A stretch of DNA of 64,000 bases. Source: Iphione sp. A-MEVVRFRX5 (Eukaryota). The position numbers were made by a program, and so were the translations under genes. Below, piece by piece: positions 33,306 through 44,643 of the stretch; within the stretch, counting starts at the first letter, position 1, and the number at the start of each line of letters is the position of its first letter. The notes beneath the pieces are model-generated. The model made no database searches, was not told the origin of the DNA, and worked only from the letters and a program-made list of their open reading frames with translations. The stretch covers positions 81,282,001 through 81,346,000 of the forward strand of contig OZ320315.1 of NCBI GenBank assembly GCA_976226885.1. The letters are read 5' to 3'.

Positions 33306-36300
33306 TTACTATCATATGTATAGATGTGCAGAATATAGGATGACTGTAGAAAATGCATGAAATGAGTGTGCTGAAGGACAGAAGTGCAATGTTTTTGTAG
33401 TCGTCATGAAAACTAGAGGGAGATACAGATTTGTAAGGGGTGAATTATACCCACATAGAAAAAAAGGGGAAAAGGGAATATACTGATTGTCGGCACGCTC
33501 CACTTCGGTTACCCATGGCATATATAATGTAAGCCAAGATGTCGGTAGCAGGGAGGATGTCTTTTGTCTCAGTCGAACCTAAGGAGGTTTAACCTATTAG
33601 TACAGAAGGACACTGAATTCCGATTATTCGCAGCGTATCTATTTTGTGGCTAAGAATTATGCAAATACTTTTTAGCAGAGACTTAAATATTCACATGGTT
33701 TTGAATTTAAAGGGCGTTAACAAGAAGTCGCATGAACCTACAGCATTAAAGGAGACCAGTAGTATTTCATGCTAACACGGATATGATTTTTCACATTGTT
33801 TTTAATTTTGAAGGGACAAATGCATTTGTGTATCATTGAGACAGAACCACACTTCCAGCTATTGAAAGTCTACACTTCCAGCAGTTGAAAACTACATTTA
33901 GAATTAATACATTTTACGATCTTACCATATGTTAAGTCGGTCAAAATGATATAATGTTCTGATATTTCAACGTCATAATGATAAATTTTGATAAATAATG
34001 AATGATAAACAATGGATGATAGTAATAACACATTCCATCCTCCTTGCATCTGAGCGGAGACCGTTAAGAAGATTCTGTTTAAACAAAAGGTTTGTTGTGA
34101 TATTGAAATCTAGGTATTTTCAGGAGTTATAAACAGCGTTTTATTCGGCAGGGCAGATGGTTATTAAATCAACTTTAGGTGTGTGCGAAACGTTTGTTCA
34201 GCAGGCTTAACGTCAACCTTACCCCAGTCCATTGTTTGTATAAGCTACACTGCACCTCTTATCACTTATAAACAAAGGTAAGACTGCCTGTGGCACTAAC
34301 AGCAGTATTACAAGAAACGTGGCCACTGATGTTCATTGTAGTGACAACGTGTTTGGATACGAATACAAAATTAATACGACTGTTTATTGTCAATATTTTC
34401 CTACAACCGATTTATTCTGATATGGACATGGTTAAAGAAACAGTTATAATAATAATTCAGCAATAGTTTCCGCACGCAAGAAGTAACACATCTTTTCATA
34501 TAGACTGAAATGCCTTTCTACATGTCCAGCAGTGGATATGGTCGCACAGCCAGTATTCTTAATATAGAAAGTCAAATGGTTCCATGAGAATGCATTCGAA
34601 TATGAAGAAGTTTCACTTACGCTGCTATGAACACGTAATACACTTGTATTCAAGGGGGCAGTTTTCAACATATTCTCTTCAACAGACAACAACTACACAG
34701 GCCATAACCGACAAAAGTAAGAGGATAATGATTCATACGGCAAGACTCTACGGACATACATGTAGTATGAAGTATATAAGAACTATGCAATAAACTCTTA
34801 ACTGTAATTCTAAACCACCTCATGAGCATCCTTATACACTGACTTTAAAAGAGCAGTTGTGCTATTAAGACAGGAAGCGGGTGGCTCCTTCAGTACAAAG
34901 GAATAGGCAATAATTACAAGCAGTAACCTGAACTGACCACAATGGTTCACATACAAATAGCAAGTGAGGTAGGTCCACCTGCGGCAAACTACAGCTGCCA
35001 GCAGAGGGAAATGGCCTGCAGTAGATATAAACAGGATTTTATCAGCACAATCTCAGTATATCATGATGTTAAATTCACTCAATTAATTCACGTAATCCAT
35101 TCATTTCACATAGCTTTGTAAGGGTATAAAGTCCCCAATGACCCATTTCAGCTGTATAGACTCTCCATTGTACATTACGGTTGCCATAAATCGTACTACA
35201 TATATTTGTATTTTGTATATTTGTTTGTGTATTTGTTTGTAAATGCAGTGTATAAACACTCGTGTAAATTCACTGTGGGGTTGGTAACAAAAGATTAGTA
35301 TCAGTAGTGCTATTCCGGAATTGGCCTGCGCAAATGCGGAATACATGTATTTGAGATTTCTGCTGTGCGCAGCGCAATTCCGGTACAGGGCGAATTCCAC
35401 TTTGGCGCATCACCTACATAGATACATGTACATTATTACTTAAAGCTAAGTTGCTCATTTGCCTTACCGAGTATTCAACGCGGAAAGTAATTTCCCTTTA
35501 CTCCAGGTATATTCATATATAGCAGCTGTCGCTGCTGCTTGAGCTATAAAAAAGAATTGCAAACGAGAGATTAATCATATCCAAATACTTGTACATGTAC
35601 ACGTAGTGAAAAAATGAAACTCACTGATAGGTTTCGAGGATATTTGGAAATATAAAGAATAAAAATGTCTCTATTGAACATATCATCTTTACCCAAGTTG
35701 ATTTGTTATGGACTAGTGAAGTACGCCATTTTAACGCATTAGCAGTAAAATTCCTGTTTGTGCTATGATCTATACTTTGTTTTTTTAAGTTGTGCTATGG
35801 TTGTTTTCCTAATCGGGATTTACATTCACTAAAGCTCAAGTTTCTATTAAACAAATGCATTATCATCAACGCTTGTTTTCAAATGAAGTTCAAACAAATA
35901 TACCTATTCCAAATATAACAATGGGGCGACACTTGACATTTAAGCAGAAAAGACAATGCTATGAGGTGCGTTTCGATTTTATGGCACACAATCAACTATA
36001 GTAAGGATTCAAGAATAGACCGTTCTTACTATGTTTGTTTTTATCTGCTTTTAGAGAGACAAAAATAGACCAATACAGAGAATAATCACCTCAAGTGTCT
36101 AGACTGTGGGACGTATAAATAGTGTATTTGTAAGAATATTTATATTCAGTTGATCATCCAGGCAAAAGTTGCTAAGCATATTAGTTTCATGATACCAATG
36201 CTACGCCTTCCATAGTATATTGTATGATGTTTATCAGTCTAGTTAACCAGCACTCGCTCTTGAAGGTTTTCCTTTGTATTATATGTTATTTATTATCCAT

Positions 36301-36336
36301 TCCTTCCTCTAATATATCATCCAATATATATACATG

Positions 36337-36382
36337 TATATGTCAATGAATAACAGACAAGAGGATGGGGAATAGATACGCC
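36337..36382 (-). repeat. Ngaro repeat B2 (B1 copy at 36523-36568)
   Basis: tatatgtca(a/c)tgaataacagacaagaggatggggaatagatacgcc present twice. Confidence 0.93.
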
Positions 36383-36400
36383 TTTATTAAGAGGAAATAA

Positions 36401-36527
36401 AAATTTTGAATACAGTGTATCGTTATGGAACATGACAGCCTATGACGTATCTGCAAGTAACCTGGATACACAACAATGGCATTGCCTCATGAACATATAT
36501 TAATATAATATCTTATATGGCATATAT
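36401..36527 (-). repeat. Ngaro repeat A2 (A1 copy at 40338-40464)
   Basis: 127 bp direct repeat differing only at gcctc(a/g)tgaa. Confidence 0.95.
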
Positions 36528-36577
36528 GTCACTGAATAACAGACAAGAGGATGGGGAATAGATACGCCCAAACCCAA

Positions 36578-37540
36578 TCAAAACTTAGAGGAAAGCCTTT
36601 CCTCAGAACATATTAAATCATCAAAATTAACATCAATATATCTCCTAACACAGTCTGATCTCCAATTCCCCCTCATTTTAATTAAGGAAATATCAACACC
36701 TTCAGCAGCTAACAACGTACAACCGCCTCTTCTGAATGAATGTGCAGAGATTCTACCATCAACATTAAATGACTTTGAAACACTCTTTAATTTGCACATA
36801 AAATCATAGTAATTCAGAAAAACAAAACTACCTCTCTGCAACATTGAAAACACCCTCTGATTATCCTTCCGATACATTTTACTATACCATAGCTTCAACC
36901 ATGTAACTGCACAAAGTTTGAAATTTTTACAATAGTATAAGGGTATAGAGTAAAAATCAGTGCTAGACTTTACATTTTTTCCATGCCTCACTTTTATCAC
37001 AGCACCAAAATCACAGAATTCAACATCACTCCACAAAATACCATGCTCAGATGTAAAAGACTCTTTTCTAAATAGACATCGATAGGCTAAAATACATGCT
37101 AGCCAAAACATTAAATCGAAATCTAAGGATACATCAATTTTTTCAAATATACGCAACATATCACAAGTTTTTAAGGCATAAGCTCTGACCGGGGCTCTGT
37201 CGCGTGTTCTTTTCAGGCCTGCCATGACCTGACATATACCAAAATTGTGAATATCTGGTGGATCGTGGCCAGCTAGTTTACACCAAAATACCAAACCTGA
37301 CAAATAATTCCTAATAGAACTATAACAAAGAGTCCTACCCAAAAATCCCAGAAATAAACATGTTTGGTAGTTGCTACATGGAAAAGGTGATAATCCATAT
37401 TCCCTACAAAAGTCCTCATATTTTTTCTTCTGCAGGTTCCTACACTTCCAAGTGTTTGCTGATATGGACTTCTCCTTCAGTGATTCCACTTCAACCTTCA
37501 ATTTCCGCAGCTTCTCTGAAAAGAGAAAATAGTACACCAC
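36578..37540 (-). CDS. Tyrosine recombinase of the Ngaro element (no 5' ATG; probably expressed by splicing)
   Basis: N-terminal SAM-like region (YSSIRNYLSG) and catalytic motifs LFRKES (R), HSFRRGG (HxxR), GNW.SD...RY (W, Y). Confidence 0.93.
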   Translation of the reverse strand: MVYYFLFSEKLRKLKVEVESLKEKSISANTWKCRNLQKKKYEDFCREYGLSPFPCSNYQTCLFLGFLGRTLCYSSIRNYLSGLVFWCKLAGHDPPDIHNFGICQVMAGLKRTRDRAPVRAYALKTCDMLRIFEKIDVSLDFDLMFWLACILAYRCLFRKESFTSEHGILWSDVEFCDFGAVIKVRHGKNVKSSTDFYSIPLYYCKNFKLCAVTWLKLWYSKMYRKDNQRVFSMLQRGSFVFLNYYDFMCKLKSVSKSFNVDGRISAHSFRRGGCTLLAAEGVDISLIKMRGNWRSDCVRRYIDVNFDDLICSEERLSSKF

Positions 37541-39464
37541 TGCAACATGCTTTTTCTATCCATGGCTCACATTTCAGTCTTCTAATTGCCTTAACATCAC
37601 ACATTCTTGACAGTACATCTGCAATTATATTGTCACCTGTACAAATATATTCAACTCTGAAATGAATATTAGCAAAAACACAGGTCCAGAATATTTCTCT
37701 TAGCCAACGCATGCAGCATTTATTACTACTGCGACCTGTTCTGAGCATGTACAACACAGGTAGATTGTCTACTCTCAACAGGATCATCCTATTCCTAAGT
37801 CTACCTGACCACCTCTTCAGGGCGACAACTACAGCCCATAGCTCATACACATTAATGTGGTCATCATAATCATCAAAGCTAGGTAAAGATTCAACATGGT
37901 GTTCTAGTCCATCGAAATATACAAAATCCTTAGACCAGCTACCATAGAACCAATCCCTATCAAACCAACCCCCAAAGCCATCCAAGGAAGAGTCTGTTGT
38001 CACGATACCTTCCACCTCTTTGGTTTTGATAATTCTTTTCTTCCCATTGAAGAATTCAATGAAATGAGACCACCATTTGAGATCATGTATCACATCTTGG
38101 TTCAAGACATACAATTTGTTCGGACGCTTACATTCCTTGATGAATTCATATAGGCTCCTTGAATACGTCCTCCCCCCTTTGACAACAGTGGAGCAATGGG
38201 ATAAAGATCCTGCCAAACTCTCTATCTCTTTTTTCTTCAAGCTTCCCCTATCCAACGCTAACTTTATTTTTTCTCTCACTTCAACGAGTTTGACCTCTGG
38301 CAGGCGAAGTTCCATTTTACATGAGTCAACCAGAATACCTAGGAATTTACATTCCGTCATAGCTTTACAACATTTCTCCTCACTAACAGTGAAACCTATC
38401 TGTTCAATCACAGTTTTTAAGGTTTTCTGGTAAGTATCGCACTCATCATAGGTAGAACCGATGACTATGAAATCATCAAGATAATTAATTATCCTTCCAT
38501 CACAACGATACCTGAACTCATGCACAATATATTCAGATAGCTTGTTGAAGATACATGGGGCACACTTCAAACCGAAGCAGAGAGCATTATTAACATAATA
38601 TCTCTTTACATTATCCTCGTTTGTCCAACTGAAACCTTGAAACTCCCTATGTTTAGGGTTAACCATTACTGACCGATAGGCACTTTTGATGTCACAAGTA
38701 CTCATCCAGTCTCCTTCATTCAATACTTCACATACATCATCCAAGGATTTGTAACTAAAATCCTCGTGAGTAGACGCCATGAAATCATTAATACACCTAT
38801 TAACTGGCATCGAGCAGTCAGTTATCGGGCGGAGTTTGCCATTACTTTTATGAACACCACCTAGGGCATTGACACAACGAGGTTTTTCCTCACATAAAGA
38901 GATGTGACCCTCCTCCAGCTCACTTTTCACCTTTTCATCCATCTGAATTTTGAACTCCTCAGACAGGATAGATTTGTAATTTTCACATTCATAGCTGGTC
39001 TCACAATTCTGGTCAACAATATCAAAACCATTACTGATACCTTTCCATAGGTCAGAAATCACATCATCAGGTAGGCTTGAACGGCATAAATACACGAAGT
39101 TCCTACAGGCTTTCAACGGATTGATACATCCCTCGATAAGATGATTACAATTACATGTACCCCTAACACATTCTTTAAAAATAGGGATTTTCTTTTCTTT
39201 GTTGAAGTCATACACTGAAAACTGAGCGTTACTAGTTGATTGATCAACATCCGTAACAAAAACCTTCAGAGCATCGTTAACAACAACAACGTCATCCACA
39301 ACTACTTTACGATCGCAGTCATCTAAAAAACTTGACTGATCTCTCTCAACTTGAGATGTCACCTGAGTGTCTCCATCACTACTAGGTAAATAGCAATCAT
39401 TAGATACAGTCAACTCACATTCTGAAGTTGTCAGTACTTGGTTTTTGTCCTCTGTAGCGGATAG
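37491..39464 (-). CDS. Ngaro pol: reverse transcriptase + RNase H; frame is open from the gag stop, first ATG only at 38942
   Basis: DIKSAY, CFGL..AP, YLDDF, FLG, TDSS..G.G, INVYEL, DN, ADVLSR. Confidence 0.95.
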   Translation of the reverse strand, partial: LSATEDKNQVLTTSECELTVSNDCYLPSSDGDTQVTSQVERDQSSFLDDCDRKVVVDDVVVVNDALKVFVTDVDQSTSNAQFSVYDFNKEKKIPIFKECVRGTCNCNHLIEGCINPLKACRNFVYLCRSSLPDDVISDLWKGISNGFDIVDQNCETSYECENYKSILSEEFKIQMDEKVKSELEEGHISLCEEKPRCVNALGGVHKSNGKLRPITDCSMPVNRCINDFMASTHEDFSYKSLDDVCEVLNEGDWMSTCDIKSAYRSVMVNPKHREFQGFSWTNEDNVKRYYVNNALCFGLKCAPCIFNKLSEYIVHEFRYRCDGRIINYLDDFIVIGSTYDECDTYQKTLKTVIEQIGFTVSEEKCCKAMTECKFLGILVDSCKMELRLPEVKLVEVREKIKLALDRGSLKKKEIESLAGSLSHCSTVVKGGRTYSRSLYEFIKECKRPNKLYVLNQDVIHDLKWWSHFIEFFNGKKRIIKTKEVEGIVTTDSSLDGFGGWFDRDWFYGSWSKDFVYFDGLEHHVESLPSFDDYDDHINVYELWAVVVALKRWSGRLRNRMILLRVDNLPVLYMLRTGRSSNKCCMRWLREIFWTCVFANIHFRVEYICTGDNIIADVLSRMCDVKAIRRLKCEPWIEKACCSGVLFSLFREAAEIEG

Positions 39465-40370
39465 TCAGTCCCTTTTTGACGTGACCTTCGTCTTACCGCT
39501 GTCTCCACCTGTCGTTTTGTTACTGAAGCAGTCCATTGATTTATGCCCCATCTTCTGGCATACTTGGCATGCGTGGCGAAAACGACAACTAGGATCATCA
39601 CAGAGGCCATTATTTAACTTATAACAAACACCAATGGCCTTCTTTGACCTCTTCTTACTCTCTTTCTGTCTAGCAACGTCTACTGTAGCATCCAGGCTAA
39701 GAAACCGATGGACGTTTACAGTATCACCAAAGCAGAAGATCTTGATTCCCTCTCGTCTCACCTTCCTCCTCATTTCCCGGTCGTAGGAAATGAGAGACTC
39801 CCCCGTGTAGATCTTTGTGGATGCTCTATCCGCCAAAAAGGATATATGATCGATATATCCATCCACGTCATCACCGTTGGAGATCATCTTTTTCAATAGG
39901 CCCAAGGACCCCACCATCAGGTCCTCGAATGTAGTTGTATGACCACCTTTAACATACGAGGAAATCGAATATTTCTTCAAATTACCTCTCTTCGCCTTTT
40001 TAGATTTCTTCTTTCTGTCATCTCTCTCGTCATCTGAAGAACTTCTGAAGTCACTCTCTTCCGAGCTCAATGAGCTATCCACATCAGCACTTGAAGACTT
40101 CTTCTCTGCCTTATTCGAGCCACTCACCATCATCGCCTCCAGCATCGACTCTATTTTCTCGAACCTCTTTTCAACGATTTCCTTAGAAAAATCGACTTGA
40201 GAAGTGTCGTCAACCTTCTCAGGAATAGAGAATGACATTCTGCAATTTTTTCCCACTGGGGGAGTGTGTTTACTTCCACACTTTTTGCAATATTTCTCCA
40301 TAGTCACTTCAGTAGGAGAAACACGTCTGCACAGCGCAAATTTTGAATACAGTGTATCGTTATGGAACAT
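39465..40370 (-). CDS. Ngaro gag-like ORF (likely start ATG 40301)
   Basis: N-terminal CxxCxxxH...C motif, HISFLAD...YDREMR core, C-terminal CCCH + CCHC fingers (CYKLNNGLC...C..RH.CQVC...GH...C). Confidence 0.85.
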   Translation of the reverse strand: MFHNDTLYSKFALCRRVSPTEVTMEKYCKKCGSKHTPPVGKNCRMSFSIPEKVDDTSQVDFSKEIVEKRFEKIESMLEAMMVSGSNKAEKKSSSADVDSSLSSEESDFRSSSDDERDDRKKKSKKAKRGNLKKYSISSYVKGGHTTTFEDLMVGSLGLLKKMISNGDDVDGYIDHISFLADRASTKIYTGESLISYDREMRRKVRREGIKIFCFGDTVNVHRFLSLDATVDVARQKESKKRSKKAIGVCYKLNNGLCDDPSCRFRHACQVCQKMGHKSMDCFSNKTTGGDSGKTKVTSKRD

Positions 40371-40850
40371 GACAGCCTATGACGTATCTGCAAGTAACCT
40401 GGATACACAACAATGGCATTGCCTCGTGAACATATATTAATATAATATCTTATATGGCATATATATTACATAAAGCATATCTATAATGAAGCTTGAGAAT
40501 ATTACACGTTTTCTTTCCTCAGGAATATTTTAGTATCTCTATAGGAAAAATAACCCCGTCTTAATTACTCACTTTCCATGCGGTTTCTCAGCTGTGCGCC
40601 AGCGCTCGGAGTGGGGCTGAGGAGTTTGCCGGGATTCCACGGGGTTTCTTACTTAGGTACCTAGACGTCACAGCAGGGAGTTTCTCATCTGTGTTCTGTG
40701 TTCGGATTACACGGCCCAGGGAGACCTAGTTATACATAATACTACCTACTACTACAGCCCACGGCGTGGGGGACTGACGGAAGCTTGGAGGCAGAGTCAC
40801 ATTGCCATCTCTTGCTAGAGCTTTAATTATTTCCTGGTGAAAGCTTCACA

Positions 40851-40915
40851 ATGATACGAGGAGGGGGGAACCAGCTGGACGCCCCAGGGCTGGAAGAGAG
40901 ACTCAACAAGGCGAG
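40851..40915 (+). CDS. PACC1: PACC1/TMEM206-like exon 1 (MIRGGG...NKA)
   Basis: ATG in cacaATG context; donor AG|gtgagg phase 2 fits the exon at 42328. No homology support for this segment. Confidence 0.6.
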
Positions 40916-42327
40916 GTGAGGATATCTTTCAACGAAAAAAAAAACTGATTAGAGACAGCAGATATTTGAATCTGTAACACGCCCCATTTTCAAGCTTATA
41001 ACCACATTTCTTTTTTTAAGCAATGTGGGGACAAACGAATTTACGAGAGAACTGCTAATTAATCATTGATTCAGTATCACATTTAGATGTTTTCATAAAT
41101 GTCAATAAGATGTCAACCTGGATGTACGGCAGTGATGCGGAGCTTCTGGGAATAAGCCTGGAGGAGGAATATATACATGTATATGTCTAAGCACAGTATT
41201 ATCAAGACCTGGTAGTGTAAGCTGTGAGCCCAGGCTTGCGGCACCAACCTAAACATCCTCCAGACTATACGTCGGAGACACATCTCTCAGCAGAGCTCAA
41301 TCTCTAGCCGCCGTTTACAAATATATCTCATAGTTCATTCCACATCCTTCAGTGGTAGGCCTTGCCCTACTTGTGTCACGACTTTTCTATACCAGTATTC
41401 AGCGATCCAAAATGAAGGGCTCCGGATTCTTATCGATCGGTGTTACCTTAACGATAAATTCCCAGGCCAGGTAGAAACAAGTAGCGGTTGATAAATGTTC
41501 CTGTAAAATGAAATAATGGCTTAGAGAGTACATCTTATGAAAAAACCTGCATTTTCAGTACATTTAATGCAGAATAATAACTGACTTTATTGGGTGTGAA
41601 TTAGTGCGTATCCAAGAGCTTTTTACATCTGAAAAATTAGCGAATACTACGTCACGATGTGGTATGGAAGGAATTGCCTGGTACAATTAATGTCTTGATT
41701 TTACCTGTATGTTAATGTAGCAAATAATACAAATATGTTTGCACGTTGTTACTGTATTTAGAGGTTTATGTGTGTAGTAGTCTGTACCGTGTCCAAAGCC
41801 AATATGATACGGTTTGGTGCTTCAATCCTCTTTTGCCTTAGTTTAGGTTAAGTTTGCTATAATGTTCTGTAGTTGCTTGTTTCCAGGATATCTCGATCTG
41901 GCAACATATTGGTTAAATGAAATGATTAAGGAATGACTAGAATTGGGTAGAAATGAAAACCACGTTTGCCCCAACAGGGTTTGGGTGGGGGAATCAGGGA
42001 GTAACCAATATTGGATCACCAAGAATTAAAAACCTGAATAATACTTTCCAAAACAGCAGATGCCACTTCACCAAGAATTGATTACTTGATCCTCAGGATC
42101 AGCGGAATATGCGGAATAAAGCTTTACCCTGATTTGGCGGAGCTAATAATGCTTCACCAAGATCAAAAGCGTCCATAACGCTTCACCAAAATATGTGTCC
42201 ACCTGTGTCCCAAAATATAATCAGGCTTGAGTCCAAATTGATTTTGGAAAGGGACGACGTGATATTAATACGCATTTAGTATTGAATGTCTCCAACGTTC
42301 AACTGGTGTCATATTTTCCTGTACTAG

Positions 42328-42530
42328 TCGAGGCGTCGAAAAAGCCGAAGCCGAAGAGTCCCACCCGGTCCGCTACATGTTTATCAGCGTCGGCTTCCTG
42401 TTCCTGTACCTGCTCATCATCGTGGTCGGCGTGGTCATCGCCTATAACGCCATCGCCGACCTCGTTCACTCCTTCCGGAACCCCGTCCGCTCCACGCGCT
42501 ACAGAAACGTGGATTCCTACCTGCCACCTG
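42328..42530 (+). CDS. PACC1: PACC1-like exon 2 (TM1 and NPVRSTRYRNVDSYLPP)
   Basis: FLFLYLLIIVVGVVIAY..I.D.....NPV.S..Y..VD.Y aligns with human LIFIYLLLMAVAVFLVY..I.D.....HPV.S..Y..VD.Y as recalled. Confidence 0.88.
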
Positions 42531-43511
42531 GTGAAGAAGCATGGCAACATGTTTTCCTTTTCTCTAACCTCCAGTTAACCATCAATCCTCACCAACTTAT
42601 CCGAGTTGACCATTTCCCAACCGTGAACGATGTGTTCTTATCCCGTTCTTATACGGTATTTTCCCGCCTTTTGCTATCACCTCTGTTATCTGCCTGCTAC
42701 ATGCCTTGTTTCCAGCGTTGTCGATAAACCCATAACGAGGGGACTACAACAGAAAGGCATCCTGTCCCTAATAGGGGAAAATGTTCTCAGAATCGATCCA
42801 CGCTGGCAGCATAGAAGCCTTCCCTAGAACAGACCTCCATGTGAGGCCCCCCCCCACCCCTACACCCTCAGCTATCCTCCTCCCCACATCGTCATGTTTC
42901 CCGTTAAGAGGTTCTTGTGAAGCAAACTCAACGACCTTGTCAAACGTCAATGACAACCTCCAGCAAGGTTCAGCGTGCGGTTAGATGGAAAGCCGGTCTG
43001 AAATCGATAGACACAAGATGGACAGCACAACTAACCGTACGCAGGCCATTTCTCCCCGGTGCAAATCAGGAAATGGCTAGCTTCCGAAAAGTGAACCCTT
43101 CGCTTTAAGGCTCCCCTCCCCGTTTGCGAGTGTTACACGATATGCAGCAGGTGGTGTCCCTTATCAAAATTTATACATGATGGGCGAATGGCATAAAGGA
43201 TGAAATATCGCTCAGAGAATAGGATAGACTCCATACAGAAGAGATAATTATCATCAGCAAAGACTCGATGCCAGTCGTTCAAATTTCATTCTTTCATTCC
43301 CCTCCCAGTGAGGTGAATGCAACGTATTATTTACTATGTCTAGCCGAATGAAACACCTTGTTACCAGATAATCTGTAATAAGCGTGATCATAATCCCTTT
43401 TCTAAACTGTACAATCAAGGGGTTGAAAGTACACGTATATACCACAGCCTATGTAGTTCAATTTCTGTTAAAATACATACTCTAACCGATGCTTCTTGCT
43501 AATTGCTGCAG

Positions 43512-43586
43512 CCATCATCATCTTTCCAAATGGAAACGAATTCGTGGCGTGTGGCCATTATTATAATAACATCGTGGGTTCAGTAT
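43512..43586 (+). CDS. PACC1: PACC1-like exon 3 (AIIIFP...ACGHYY)
   Basis: Aligns with GIALYP...SCKHH; acceptor ctgcag, donor gtaagt. Confidence 0.8.
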
Positions 43587-43969
43587 GTAAGTACATGTAC
43601 ACTTCACAATGGAGCGCACTGTATTACTGTATTTCATTAATCCTGCTCCAAATACGATCCGTACCCTCACAATAATAGTTACTGCGATGTGTGGTGCATG
43701 TGTCGATGTTCGTACTTGGTACCTATGAAATAACCAAGTAGGAACTGAGAAAGTCAACACGTTGGTACATAGCGTTTTTAGATTGCAGTGACAAGAAGTA
43801 ATCTATATATACATCTGTATAGGGACGTATGTTTAATTGTTTTCATGCTACCAACGTAACAGTACATCTGTAATCTCACATCTACACATCAGCATATAAT
43901 GTATGCTACACTCCTCTGTTCTACAGTTGAAAAAATACATTAATGAGCGATTTGAATAATGGCTTCCAG

Positions 43970-44076
43970 TAAGTCTCTCAGAACTGGATCTAACCAGAAA
44001 GAACTGCACATACGAGCATGCATCCTACACTGACCCCATCGACAACAGCACAGAACGTGAAGCGCTTATTTTTAAG
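43970..44076 (+). CDS. PACC1: PACC1-like exon 4 (NCTYEHASYTDP...ALIFK)
   Basis: Aligns with NCTTQRINYTDP...SALIVQ; acceptor position somewhat uncertain. Confidence 0.8.
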
Positions 44077-44515
44077 GTGAGGCTCTTAAATATTACACGA
44101 TCATCTTACAGTGATACCCACTGGGACGACCTGATATTGTGATACAGCTTGCCGTAAACTAATGGTCCCACGAGGCAATAATTCTGCCCTAGACTTTAAC
44201 ACGAATGCTAGGCGCTCGCCTGATACGATGTCGGGCTTAACTGTTACTCGTTTATTTTTTTGTGCCATGAAAATATATGACAGATCTTAGCGATATGGAC
44301 TGCTATAAGAAATGAAATTAATGAAAGAAATTAATGAAAGGTGAAAGTCTTGGTAAAGTTTGAAATCTACAAATATTTAATACGACGCAGCACATTGTAG
44401 TTGCGCTATCACACGTACATGTACACGTAGTTGGTAAGTAGATAAGCTGGGTTTAACAGATGAGTGGAAAACGTGTTCATTTTGAAAGGGTGCAGTGGTT
44501 TCTTTCTCGATCAAG

Positions 44516-44643
44516 GGGCCCACGAATGTGGACGATATTGAAGCTCTCTTTATTCACCTGAAGTCCACCCATACGAACAATGACTTCTACACGGCCAGCT
44601 ACTACGTGCTCCCGTTTTGGGACCAGGTCATCACAGCTGACAG
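44516..44643 (+). CDS. PACC1: PACC1-like exon 5 (GPTNVDDIEALFIHL...)
   Basis: Aligns with GP.EV...ELVFLQF; AG/GT boundaries in frame. Confidence 0.8.

Larger units (their letters stand above)
36337..40464 (-). mobile_element. Tyrosine-recombinase (DIRS-order) retrotransposon, Ngaro-type, with split direct repeats A1-gag-pol-YR-B1-A2-B2
   Basis: gag, RT/RNase H and YR ORFs intact; no methyltransferase domain after RNase H. A repeats are 127 bp with 1 mismatch, B repeats 46 bp with 1 mismatch; no TSD. Confidence 0.92.

Noticed and set aside
43927-43969. Alternative PACC1 acceptor at 43927 giving an in-frame TAA (possible nonsense allele)
   Set aside because: The 43970 acceptor with the gtaagt donor gives an intact frame and a Cys-Cys spacing closer to human PAC, so pseudogenisation is not supported.
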